From the NCBI GenBank assembly GCA_039589315.1, contig JBDHHQ010000007.1:48201-112200 (forward strand): a DNA stretch of 64,000 nucleotides, written 5' to 3'. This DNA is from Gemmatimonadota bacterium (lineage in GTDB: Bacteria > Gemmatimonadota > Gemmatimonadetes > Longimicrobiales > Gaopeijiaceae). Position 1 is the first letter of the stretch, and each line of letters opens with the position of its first letter. Both the position numbers and the translations under genes were made by a program. Below, one piece after another: positions 9,899 through 18,942 of the stretch. The notes below the pieces were generated by a model. That model worked only from the letters and a program-made list of their open reading frames with translations, searched no databases and was not told the origin of the DNA.

Positions 9899-10207
9899 TC
9901 ACGTGGCACCTCGTGATTCGAAGTGTCCGATGGGCGCCTCCGACAACGTCAACCCGTCGCACTTCGCATCGAGCGCCGAGTATTCCGCACCGTAGCGGCG
10001 TCTGAATTCGCCGTAATGATCCGCGGTCTCCCAGCGGTCGATCGTAATGAACCGCAGAGGGTCGGTGAGGTCTCGCAGTAACGCGGTCCCGAGGTAGCCC
10101 GAGGCCCGGCCGAAGAGGGACGCCCACGCTCCATCATCGCCGTAGTGCTCGAGGAAGGACTCGACCGTGTCGGGACGCACTCGGTACTCCCAGAGGTAAA
10201 CGAACAT
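9899..10207 (-). CDS. Antibiotic biosynthesis monooxygenase (ABM)-like dimeric alpha/beta barrel protein
   Basis: MFVYLWEYRV...YGDDGAWASLF...GYLGTALLRD...RFITIDRWE; 102 aa. Confidence 0.75.
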   Translation of the reverse strand: MFVYLWEYRVRPDTVESFLEHYGDDGAWASLFGRASGYLGTALLRDLTDPLRFITIDRWETADHYGEFRRRYGAEYSALDAKCDGLTLSEAPIGHFESRGAT

Positions 10208-10354
10208 CGCTGTGCGGAGATTGGGTTGAAGTGCGTGGAGATGATGGTCGCGCTGGCCTCGGTCACACCCGACGAAGCGGCGCCTGCCGAGTGGCTTCGC
10301 TCCAAACTCGGCCCCTCCGGTAAACGCGTTCCGGGGCGGCCTGGCGGACTGCGG

Positions 10355-10443
10355 TTCCACCTGCCCGCAGCGCAGCGACGTGGAGTCCCTCGAGCCGTCG
10401 GGATGACGCCTTGATACTTGCTCGAGATGGTCACAGTGGGCAA
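10355..10443 (-). pseudogene. Degraded AbrB/MazE/SpoVT-type DNA-binding (antitoxin) N-terminus
   Basis: TTG-PTVTISSKYQGVIP resembles the AbrB motif T(V/I)SxKxQxxIP; an adjacent frame continues RDSTSLRCGQ. Confidence 0.45.
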
Positions 10444-10666
10444 GACGCTTACTGCTTCCCAACGGCCGCGCCGGGCCTCGAATGGAAGAGGCTCCTGCCC
10501 CGAGAACCACCTGAGCCGGTCCGGTGCTCCCGCATCGCCTTCCCACAATCCACCGGCACCGTTCCGTGTGTCTCCTGGTGCCTGATGAGCCGGCCGGCAC
10601 CGCGTCCAACATCCTGGGCGCACTGGGTGTCTTTGGTGTTGCATGCCATTCCCAAGGAGCTGTTTC

Positions 10667-13483
10667 ATGGATCCACGTGCTGTAAGCGGGATCCGGCGTG
10701 TCGGCGCCTTCGTGGCGCTTGCAGCGCTGGTGGCCGTGCCGGACGCCCTGCAGGGGCAGACCGAGTTCCGGCGGGGCCAGATCCCGTCCCCCCCGCCATT
10801 CCATGCAATCCAGAACGCGCGTCTGGTCACGGTCTCGGGTGCCGTGATCGAAGAGGGGACCATCGTCGTCGAAAACGGCGTGATCACGGCTGTGGGCGCC
10901 AACGTCTCCGTTCCGCCGGAGGCGCGGATCATCGATGGCACGGGGCTGACGGTCTACCCCGGTCTCATCGACGCAATGACCACCCTGGGCCATCCGTCCA
11001 GTCCGGCCAGCGTGCGCGGTGGCGGCGCCAACGGGCCCTCCCGAGGTGGCACCGGTGAGGATCGATCCTGGGGTCCGGAAGACCGGCCGGCCACCACACC
11101 CTGGGTCAGCGCGGCCGACGACCTGGACCCCGGGGACGAGCGGATCGAGCGTTGGCGACACGCCGGATTCACCACGGCCATCACTACGCCGGAGCACGGG
11201 TTCTTCCCGGGGCAGGCGGCCGTCATCAACCTGGCGGGATTCCGCGGGCGCGAGATGGTGGTCCACACGCCGGTTGGCATGCGCGTGAACCTGAGGGGCG
11301 GGCCCGGCCATTCCGGGTATCCCACGTCGCTGATGGGGGGCTTCGCGTATCTGCGTCAGACCTTCATGGACGCAGACCACTATGGTCGCACGTGGACGGC
11401 GTACGAGCGGTCGCCTGCCGGGCGCACGCGGCCCGAGTACGACGAGACGCTCGAGCCCATCCGCACCGCCATGGCCGGATCGTGGCCGGTGTTCTTCCCA
11501 GCCGCGTCCGCCACCGAGATCCGCAGGGCGCTTACGTTCGGCGGTGAGCTGGGCCTGAACACCGTCATATACGGAGCAAACGGCGCGTACGATGCGGCCG
11601 ATGATCTCGCAGCGGCCGGTGCGCCGGTTCTGGTCAGCCTGGACTGGCCACGGCCCGCCCGTGACGCCGATCCGGACCGGGAGCCCACGCTGGCGGAGCT
11701 GCGGCTCCGGGAGCGGGCACCCACGGCCCCGTCGGCGTTGGAGGCTGCGGGCGTCCCCTTCGCCTTCTCCACGGACGGCATGCGCGATCCGGCGGACGCG
11801 CTCTCCAACGCGCGCTACGCCGTGAAGGCGGGCCTTTCACCTGAGGGGGCCATCCGCGCCTTCACGCTTTCCGCGGCCGAGATACTCGGTGTGGACGACC
11901 GCACCGGCTCGCTGGACGTGGGCAAGATGGCCAACCTGGTGATCACCGAGGGTGACCTTTTCGATGACAGCGCTACGGTGAAGATGGTGCTGGTCGATGG
12001 GCACGTCTTCGAGAACGGTGACCGCCTGGCCGACCGCGAGGAGGAGTCCAGGCGGATGGCCGGAGAGGCCGGAAGCTTCGGTGGCGCGAGGAGCTCCGGC
12101 GGGCGCGGCAGCCCGGGCGGCTTCGGCCGGGGCAAGGTGGCCATGCCGTCCGAGTTCACGGGCCTCACGCCCATAACGCCTCGGGGCCCCTACCAGACGG
12201 CGGACGCCTGGGTCGTTCGCAACGCGACGATCATGACGGGCACGGGCGAGACCATCGAGAACGGGTCCGTCGTGGTGGTGGACGGGAAGATCACTGCGGT
12301 GGGGACGGACGTAGACACACCCGCCAACGCTCAGGAGATCGACGCCAGCGGTCAGTGGGTCATCCCCGGCATCATCGACGCCCACTCCCATATCGGTGGG
12401 GACGGCGGCATCAACGAGGGCACCATCACGGTGAGCGCCATGGTGGGGATCGAGGACATCATCGATCCCGACGACATCGGCATCTATCGGGCGGTTGCGG
12501 GCGGTGTGACCACGGCCAACATCCTACACGGCAGCGCCAATCCCATCGGGGGCAAGAACGCGGTCCTGAAGATGCGCTGGGGCACGGACGCGGATGGCCT
12601 GCAGGTGGACGGCGCCAAGCCTGGCATCAAGTTCGCACTGGGCGAAAACCCCAGCCGCACCCGGAATCCCCAGCGGTATCCGAACACCCGGCTGGGCGTC
12701 ATGGACGTGATCCGCCAGGCGTTCACCGACGCCGTGGCGTACAAGGCCGAGTGGGATGCCTATGAAGCCGGCGACGACGGTGACGTGCCGCCCCGGCGCG
12801 ACCTGGCGCTGGACGCCCTGGTGGAGATTCTCGAGGGCGAGCGAATGGTGCACGCCCACTCCTACCGGGCCGACGAGATTCTCCAACTGCTCAGGCTGGC
12901 CGAGGACTTCGACTTCCGCATCGCCACGTTCCAGCACGTGCTGGAGGGGTACCGGGTGGCCAAGGAGATCGCCGAGCACGGCGCGGGCGCGTCGACGTTC
13001 AGCGACTGGTGGGCGTACAAGGTGGAGGCGTACGAGGCTATCCCCCACAACGCGGCCATAATGTCCGAGCAGGGCGTGGTGGTGAGCATCAACTCCGACT
13101 CCGGCGAGGAGATGCGCCACCTGAACCAGGAGGCGGCCAAGACCATGAAATGGGGCGGTCTCGACGAGCACGAGGCCCTAGCCCTGGTGACCATCAACCC
13201 GGCCCGTCAGCTCGGCATCGACGACCGGGTGGGCTCCATCGAGGTCGGCAAGGACGCCGATCTGGTGATCTACGACGGTCACCCGTTGAGCATCTTCTCG
13301 AGGGTCGAGAAGACCATGATCGACGGGTCCATCTACTTCGATCGAGAGATGGACGGCGAGCGGCAGGCCCAGCTCGACCACGAGAAGCAGACGTTGATCG
13401 AGAAGTTCGGTCGAGGCCAGGAGAGTCGCGGACGTCCCGTGACCGACCGCGTCATCACCGAAGTCCCCGGAGGTGCACGATGA
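10667..13483 (+). CDS. Secreted amidohydrolase-family protein with two tandem amidohydrolase domains
   Basis: Domain 1: PGLIDAMTT, GSLDVGKMANLV. Domain 2: PGIIDAHSH, KFALGENP, HSYRADE, FQHVLEG, INSDS, GSIEVGKDADLV. AAGGAG RBS before ATG 10667. Confidence 0.9.
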   Translation: MDPRAVSGIRRVGAFVALAALVAVPDALQGQTEFRRGQIPSPPPFHAIQNARLVTVSGAVIEEGTIVVENGVITAVGANVSVPPEARIIDGTGLTVYPGLIDAMTTLGHPSSPASVRGGGANGPSRGGTGEDRSWGPEDRPATTPWVSAADDLDPGDERIERWRHAGFTTAITTPEHGFFPGQAAVINLAGFRGREMVVHTPVGMRVNLRGGPGHSGYPTSLMGGFAYLRQTFMDADHYGRTWTAYERSPAGRTRPEYDETLEPIRTAMAGSWPVFFPAASATEIRRALTFGGELGLNTVIYGANGAYDAADDLAAAGAPVLVSLDWPRPARDADPDREPTLAELRLRERAPTAPSALEAAGVPFAFSTDGMRDPADALSNARYAVKAGLSPEGAIRAFTLSAAEILGVDDRTGSLDVGKMANLVITEGDLFDDSATVKMVLVDGHVFENGDRLADREEESRRMAGEAGSFGGARSSGGRGSPGGFGRGKVAMPSEFTGLTPITPRGPYQTADAWVVRNATIMTGTGETIENGSVVVVDGKITAVGTDVDTPANAQEIDASGQWVIPGIIDAHSHIGGDGGINEGTITVSAMVGIEDIIDPDDIGIYRAVAGGVTTANILHGSANPIGGKNAVLKMRWGTDADGLQVDGAKPGIKFALGENPSRTRNPQRYPNTRLGVMDVIRQAFTDAVAYKAEWDAYEAGDDGDVPPRRDLALDALVEILEGERMVHAHSYRADEILQLLRLAEDFDFRIATFQHVLEGYRVAKEIAEHGAGASTFSDWWAYKVEAYEAIPHNAAIMSEQGVVVSINSDSGEEMRHLNQEAAKTMKWGGLDEHEALALVTINPARQLGIDDRVGSIEVGKDADLVIYDGHPLSIFSRVEKTMIDGSIYFDREMDGERQAQLDHEKQTLIEKFGRGQESRGRPVTDRVITEVPGGAR

Positions 13484-14805
13484 TCTCGATCACGAGGATG
13501 CTGGGAGCCGCCGCGACGGCGTTGTTGGCCGCCGTCCCGGCGGGAGCCCAGGACGGTGCTTCGTACGCCATCACCGGCGCGGAGGCGCACACGCTGACGG
13601 GCCCATCGATGCCCGGGGCCACGGTGGTGATCGAGAACGGCGTCATCACGGCGGTCGGGACGGATGTCGACGTACCGGCGGAAGCCCAGGTGATCGACGC
13701 GACCGGCATGCACGTCTACCCCGGGCTGTTCGACGCCATGACCACGCTGGGCCTGACCGAGGTCGGCCAGGTGGACGTCACCAACGACTACCGGGAATAC
13801 GGGCCCTGGAATCCCCATCTGGTGGCGGCCACGGCAGTCCATCCTGCCAGTGAGCACATCCCCGTGGCCCGGGCCAACGGAGTGACCCACGCGGTGACCG
13901 CGCCCTCATCGGGCGGCGGCTTCCGCGGGGGCGGGGGCTCCGCCGCGATCCCCGGCCAGGGCACGCTGATCAACCTGGACGGCTGGACCGTCGAGGAGAT
14001 GGAGGCCCAGCATTCCGTGGGCCTCGTGATCAACTGGCCGACCATCCAGACGACGCGTTTCAACTTCCAGACTTTCAACCGCGAGGAGATTCCGTATCGC
14101 GAGGCGAAGGAGGCGTACGACGAGCAGCTGGAGGCGCTGACCGAGTGGATCAAGAGCGCCCGTCACCAGCTCTCGGCGAGCCAGGCCGGCTCGGATCGTA
14201 TTCCGGCGGACCTGAAGCTCGAGGCGCTGGCGAAGGCGATGGCGGGCGAGATTTCGGTCATCATCCGGGTGGACGGCGAGAAGAACATCAGAAACGCCGT
14301 CGAATACGCCGAGGAGCAGGGCTTCGACTTCGTGCTGGCCAGCGCCCGAGGTGCCTGGAAGGTGGCGGACCTGCTGGCGGAGAAGGACATACCCGTGATC
14401 CTCGGGACCACGCAATCGATGCCGACGGGTGACGACGAATCATACGACGAAGCGTATGCCAACCCCGGCAAGCTCCACGCCGCGGGCGTACGGTTCGCCA
14501 TTGCATCGTTCGGCTCTTCGAACGTGCGTACGTTGCCGTACGAAGCCGCTCAGGCGGTTCCATTCGGACTGCCCAGGGACGAAGCGCTTCTGGCCATCAC
14601 GCTTCGTCCGGCGGAGATCCTGGGGATCGACGACCGCTTCGGGACGATCGCGGCCGGGAAGGTGGCCAACTTGATCGTCACGGACGGAGATCCTCTGGAG
14701 ATCCAGACTCGCGTCCAGCACCTGATCATCGACGGCGTGCCGGTCGCGACGGACAACAAGCACGACGACCTGGCCGACAAGTACCGGGGACGCTACGCGA
14801 ACTAG
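13480..14805 (+). CDS. Secreted amidohydrolase-family protein, probably metal-site degenerate
   Basis: ATGA overlap with the upstream gene; signal peptide; PGLFDAMTT; GTIAAGKVANL. Confidence 0.88.
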   Translation: MISITRMLGAAATALLAAVPAGAQDGASYAITGAEAHTLTGPSMPGATVVIENGVITAVGTDVDVPAEAQVIDATGMHVYPGLFDAMTTLGLTEVGQVDVTNDYREYGPWNPHLVAATAVHPASEHIPVARANGVTHAVTAPSSGGGFRGGGGSAAIPGQGTLINLDGWTVEEMEAQHSVGLVINWPTIQTTRFNFQTFNREEIPYREAKEAYDEQLEALTEWIKSARHQLSASQAGSDRIPADLKLEALAKAMAGEISVIIRVDGEKNIRNAVEYAEEQGFDFVLASARGAWKVADLLAEKDIPVILGTTQSMPTGDDESYDEAYANPGKLHAAGVRFAIASFGSSNVRTLPYEAAQAVPFGLPRDEALLAITLRPAEILGIDDRFGTIAAGKVANLIVTDGDPLEIQTRVQHLIIDGVPVATDNKHDDLADKYRGRYAN

Positions 14806-14861
14806 CGGAAGGGGAGTTCCCGCCCCTTCCACGGCGAGGCTGCTCGTCAGCCCAGCAAAAG

Positions 14862-14896
14862 GAGCCCCCGGATGCCGCGTCGGCGTCCGGGGGCTC
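14862..14896 (-). terminator. Intrinsic terminator hairpin between convergent genes
   Basis: GAGCCCCCGGA-TGCCG-cgt-CGGCG-TCCGGGGGCTC. AAAA at 14857-14860 gives a short U-tract on the minus strand. Confidence 0.65.
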
Positions 14897-14940
14897 GTCC
14901 TTGGTCTCCCGGCCGGGGCGGGCCCCGCCGGCCCCTCGCG

Positions 14941-15288
14941 TCAGGACAGCATCGGCCCCAGCGGCCGCCCGCCCAGCAGATGCAGGTGCAGGTGGAAGAC
15001 CTCCTGGCCGCCGTGAGCCCGGCAGTTCAGGATCAGGCGGTAGCCGTCGTCCGCGATCCCCTCTGCGCGGGCGACCTCGGCGGCCACGCGCACCATGCGG
15101 CCTACGAGCGCGTCGTCGTCCGCCGTCACGTCGTCGGCGGTGGGGATGACCCGGTTGGGCACGACCAGCACGTGGACGGGTGCCAGCGGATTGATGTCAC
15201 GGAACGCGGTGACCATCTCGTCCCGATGGACGATGTCGGCGGGGATCTCACCCCGCACGATCTTCTGGAAGATGGTGTCTTCGGACAC
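14941..15288 (-). CDS. hinT: Histidine triad nucleotide-binding protein (HIT/HinT)
   Basis: [34 protein letters not shown]. Confidence 0.95.
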   Translation of the reverse strand: MSEDTIFQKIVRGEIPADIVHRDEMVTAFRDINPLAPVHVLVVPNRVIPTADDVTADDDALVGRMVRVAAEVARAEGIADDGYRLILNCRAHGGQEVFHLHLHLLGGRPLGPMLS

Positions 15289-15421
15289 GGGCTCGACTCC
15301 TTGACCGGCGTAGTCCTCGGGTGGGACGTCCCGATGGTAGGGTGAGCGCCCGATCCCAGCCAGGGCCGCTGCGCGGAGACCGGGCCGTCCCTGGTCCGTC
15401 GAGCGGAAACCGCTTCGGTGC

Positions 15422-16144
15422 CTAGCGCTGCCGGACCTCGTCCTCGGCGGCCGCCTCCAGCCGACGGTCCAGAACCTCCCGGATGAAGTCGAGGGGCAGC
15501 GCGCCCATCATGGGAAAGCCGTCCACGAGAAACGTGGGTGTGCCCCGTGCACCGGCGAGGAACCCGAACCGCGTGCCCTGGCTCACCGTCTCGTCTCCAC
15601 GGCCCGCGGCCAGGCAGCGCTCCACCTGCTCCACGTCCGCTCCTACCTCAACCGCATACGCCAGCAGGAGCGCCTGCACGTCGTCCGACCGCTTCCACTC
15701 TTGCTGAGCTTCGAAGAGCCGGTCCCGGATCTGATCGAACAAGCCCTGCTCGCCGACGCACTCCGCCAAGACCGAGGCCTCCTTCGAGTTCGGGAACATG
15801 CCCGAGACGAACGTCACGTACTTCCAGCGGACCTTCCCCGATTCGATGTACTCCTGGAAGACGGTCGGGAAGCTCTCGAGGTGGAACTTCTGGCAGTAAT
15901 GACACCCGAAGTCACTGAGCTCGACGACCTGGACCGCGGCGTCGGGCGAGCCGTAGTCGTGGCCCAGGCTGTCCAGGTAGATGTCCTGGGCGGCGAGGGA
16001 GGTCGCCGTCAGAGCGGTAAGCACCAGGGCCGCCGAGCCCGGCAGCCATCCTCTGAGGTGGCCACGGGAGCGATCGGCCCTCCGGGCGAGAGCGAGTACG
16101 CGATAGGCGCCCGAAACGAGGGAGGACGAACGATACGTAATCAC
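15422..16144 (-). CDS. DsbA-family thioredoxin-fold protein
   Basis: [16 protein letters not shown]; hydrophobic export signal; GTGA overlap with the upstream transporter. Start uncertain. Confidence 0.87.
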   Translation of the reverse strand: MITYRSSSLVSGAYRVLALARRADRSRGHLRGWLPGSAALVLTALTATSLAAQDIYLDSLGHDYGSPDAAVQVVELSDFGCHYCQKFHLESFPTVFQEYIESGKVRWKYVTFVSGMFPNSKEASVLAECVGEQGLFDQIRDRLFEAQQEWKRSDDVQALLLAYAVEVGADVEQVERCLAAGRGDETVSQGTRFGFLAGARGTPTFLVDGFPMMGALPLDFIREVLDRRLEAAAEDEVRQR

Positions 16145-17160
16145 GCCCCTTCAACACCGGACGACCGATCGCGGTTTCCCGCATCACTGGCGTCCTCCTC
16201 GAGCCTGGGCGGCCCGCTGGCGATGGAGGCCCGGAGCCAGCGCTCGTGTCCGCCGGTGAAGAGTACGTCCAGGCTCAGGTCAGGGAACGCGGGTTTCAGC
16301 GCCTCATAGATGCGCCCCCGGACCTGGTCCAGCAGCGCGACACTGCCGATTTCCACCTCGTCCGGCACGAGCAGGTAGATCTGCACGTAGATGAGCCGCC
16401 CGGCCTTGAGCATCCGGACCCAGGGCTTCACGTCGGCGAGCTCGGCGAACTCTCCCGCCAGGAGGTCGTGGACCCTCTGCTGGACCCCAGGCTCGGGTGC
16501 GCCTCCCATGAGCTCCCGGAACCCCATCCAAGCGGTCCGGACCGGCATCGGGGCGATCAGCAACACGAGCAGCACTACCAAGCCGGGATCCGCGTAGGGC
16601 ACGAGCCAGGCCAGGCCGCTATCGCGGAGCAGGAACGCCGCCAGGAAGGCAACGGCGACTGCGGCGCTGAGGAGCCCGTCGACGATCCAGTTCTTGACAT
16701 CCACCTGCAGGAGAGGAGACCCCGAGCGACGGGCGGCTGCCCGCAGCATAGCGGCCACGGCAGCGCATCCGCCGGCCGCGACGACTGCGTAGATCGTTGC
16801 CCACCCGGCCTGCACCTCCCGTCCGCCATGGCGAATCGCGTCCACGGACGACACGAGGGCGAAGAGGGCCACGAAGCCGATCACGAGGCCTTTGGTCAGG
16901 TTGATGAGGGGCTCGTAGCCCGAGAAGCCGAACTGATAAGCAGGGCTCGCCGGCTGCTGGACCATCTGGGAGACACGGATCGTGGCCAGGGCGATGGCAA
17001 ACCCCACCACCGAGAAGAGGCCGTCCAGCATGATGGCTTCAGAGCGGGTGAGGAGTCCGAAGCCGAGCCCCAGTCCCCCCATGGCCAAGCCCGACCATGC
17101 GCCGATCCACAGAGCCCGCTGCTCGACGCGGGCCCGCCGGGCCTTCGTCATCTCGGTCAT
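16141..17160 (-). CDS. Cation diffusion facilitator (CDF) family transporter
   Basis: Six TM helices, SEAIMLDGLFS, YQFG, SPLLQVD..NW..DG, YADP, cytoplasmic C-terminal domain. Start trimmed from the 893-aa ORF. Confidence 0.82.
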   Translation of the reverse strand: MTEMTKARRARVEQRALWIGAWSGLAMGGLGLGFGLLTRSEAIMLDGLFSVVGFAIALATIRVSQMVQQPASPAYQFGFSGYEPLINLTKGLVIGFVALFALVSSVDAIRHGGREVQAGWATIYAVVAAGGCAAVAAMLRAAARRSGSPLLQVDVKNWIVDGLLSAAVAVAFLAAFLLRDSGLAWLVPYADPGLVVLLVLLIAPMPVRTAWMGFRELMGGAPEPGVQQRVHDLLAGEFAELADVKPWVRMLKAGRLIYVQIYLLVPDEVEIGSVALLDQVRGRIYEALKPAFPDLSLDVLFTGGHERWLRASIASGPPRLEEDASDAGNRDRSSGVEGA

Positions 17161-17376
17161 CGGTGTTCGACCCCCCGCGGACAGTGAGACGTTCGGGCGC
17201 ATCGTTCGTGCGGGAGAGAGCGATCCGGCCGCCACCGTCGTGGTGGCCCGGATGGCATTCCGGCGAGGCGAACAGTCGCGACTCTGCCGCCTGTCAGCAA
17301 TGGCGCTTATCTTGCGCGAGCCCGGCGCCGGCCGGAGTAGAATGTGATGGCTCGATCCTGACCTCGGGAGGTCCCA

Positions 17377-18942
17377 ATGAGAGGCTGCCCACTGCGTGTG
17401 ATCCAGACACTCTTGCTGGTGCCCGCATTCCTGGCGTCCGGTGCCGCAGCGCAGCAGGATCCTCTCGGTGGCCCTTACGACCGCCTCGTGATCCGCGGCG
17501 CGACGGTGATCGACGGCACGGGCGGACCCCCGGTTGGACCCATGGACATCGTGATCGAACAGGGCACGATCACCGCGCTGCGTCGCGTCACCGCGCTGGA
17601 CCTGGCCGAGGGTGGGGCGCGAGCCGCCGGTGAGCGGGTCATCGACGCGACCGGTCTCTACGTCATGCCGGGGATCATCGACGCGCACACCCACATGGGT
17701 AGGGAGGGCCTTCCCGAGGACTACATCACCAAGCTGTGGCTCGGACACGGGATCACGTCGGTCAAGGTCTTCACCGGCGGTGGATCCGACCCCGCGCTGG
17801 GAATCGCCGCCGCTCAGCACGGCGGAGAGGACGTTCTGGCACCGGAGCTCGTCCTCTACCGGTTCTGGCGGGGTGACGACCCCCGCTTCTGGGACCCCGA
17901 GCGGGTCGGCGAGATCGTGGCCGAGTGGGCGGCCGAGGGCATCGACGGCGTGAAGATCGCCGGCAAGCCCGGTCTGCTCCCCGACGTGCTCCCCGCAATC
18001 GTGGAGGCGACCCAGGCTCACGGAATGGGCGTTTCGGTCCACATCGGCGGCGACGGCGTGAACCCCATGAACGCGGTCCAGGTGGCCAAGGCCGGCGTCA
18101 CCACCATCGAGCACCACTACGGGTACGCCGAGTCCACCTTCACCGACCACGACGTGCAGGCGGCCCTGGCACCCGACTTCGATTACGGAGCGGAGCTCAA
18201 GCGCTTCCGGGCGTCGGGCGGCGTCTGGGACGAGGCCGAGCTCGACCAGCTCTACGGTCCCGTGTCGGACACCCTGCTCGAGCTGAGCCAGCACGGCATG
18301 TTCACGATGGTACCCACCTTTTCCGTGTACGAGGACCAGACCGACCTGGCCCGGGCCCAGAACCTGCCGTGGCTCGACGACTACACCATGCCCTCGGTCA
18401 TGGAGCGGTGGACGCCCAACCCCGAAGTGCACGGCTCCTTCTACTTCGAGTGGACCAGCGCGGACGAGGCCACCTGGAGCCGGATGTTCATCAAGTGGCT
18501 GCCCTGGGTGAATGACTGGAAGAACCGAGGCGGGCGGGTGGCGGTGGGCTCCGACACGGGGACCTCGTACCACTTGTACGGGTTCGGCACCGTCCGCGAG
18601 CTGGAGCTCATGCAACGGGCGGGGTTCCATCCGCTGGAGATCGTGAGGTCCGCCACCAAGGAGAGCGCCCGGGCCATCGGCCGTGAGGGGACCGGTGTCA
18701 TCCGGCCTGGCTACCAGGCAGACCTGCTCGTGTTGGAGATGAACCCGCTGGAGGATTTCAAGGTGCTCTACGGCACGGGCGTGACCCGCGTGAGCCTGGA
18801 AGGGGAGTCCACCACGCTCCACGGCCTGAAATACACGATCCTGGACGGACGCGTGCTGGACGCCGGCGTGCTCCTGGAGGACGTGGCGGAGATGGTCCGG
18901 GAGGCCAAGGCGGCGCCCCGGACCGACGGGGGTGGGCCGTGA
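17377..18942 (+). CDS. Secreted amidohydrolase
   Basis: Signal peptide; VIDGTG, MPGIIDAHTH, TIEH, VGSDTG, GYQADL; GGAGG RBS. Confidence 0.9.
   Translation: MRGCPLRVIQTLLLVPAFLASGAAAQQDPLGGPYDRLVIRGATVIDGTGGPPVGPMDIVIEQGTITALRRVTALDLAEGGARAAGERVIDATGLYVMPGIIDAHTHMGREGLPEDYITKLWLGHGITSVKVFTGGGSDPALGIAAAQHGGEDVLAPELVLYRFWRGDDPRFWDPERVGEIVAEWAAEGIDGVKIAGKPGLLPDVLPAIVEATQAHGMGVSVHIGGDGVNPMNAVQVAKAGVTTIEHHYGYAESTFTDHDVQAALAPDFDYGAELKRFRASGGVWDEAELDQLYGPVSDTLLELSQHGMFTMVPTFSVYEDQTDLARAQNLPWLDDYTMPSVMERWTPNPEVHGSFYFEWTSADEATWSRMFIKWLPWVNDWKNRGGRVAVGSDTGTSYHLYGFGTVRELELMQRAGFHPLEIVRSATKESARAIGREGTGVIRPGYQADLLVLEMNPLEDFKVLYGTGVTRVSLEGESTTLHGLKYTILDGRVLDAGVLLEDVAEMVREAKAAPRTDGGGP

Noticed and set aside
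9360..9900. Integron cassette array (small tfoX and ABM genes, GTTAGC on the minus strand near 9370)
   Set aside because: No paired attC R''/R' boxes, the genes are in opposite orientations, and there is no integrase.
10145..10414. 89-aa plus-strand ORF
   Set aside because: Overlaps the ABM gene start and the AbrB remnant in antisense, and has no recognisable motif.
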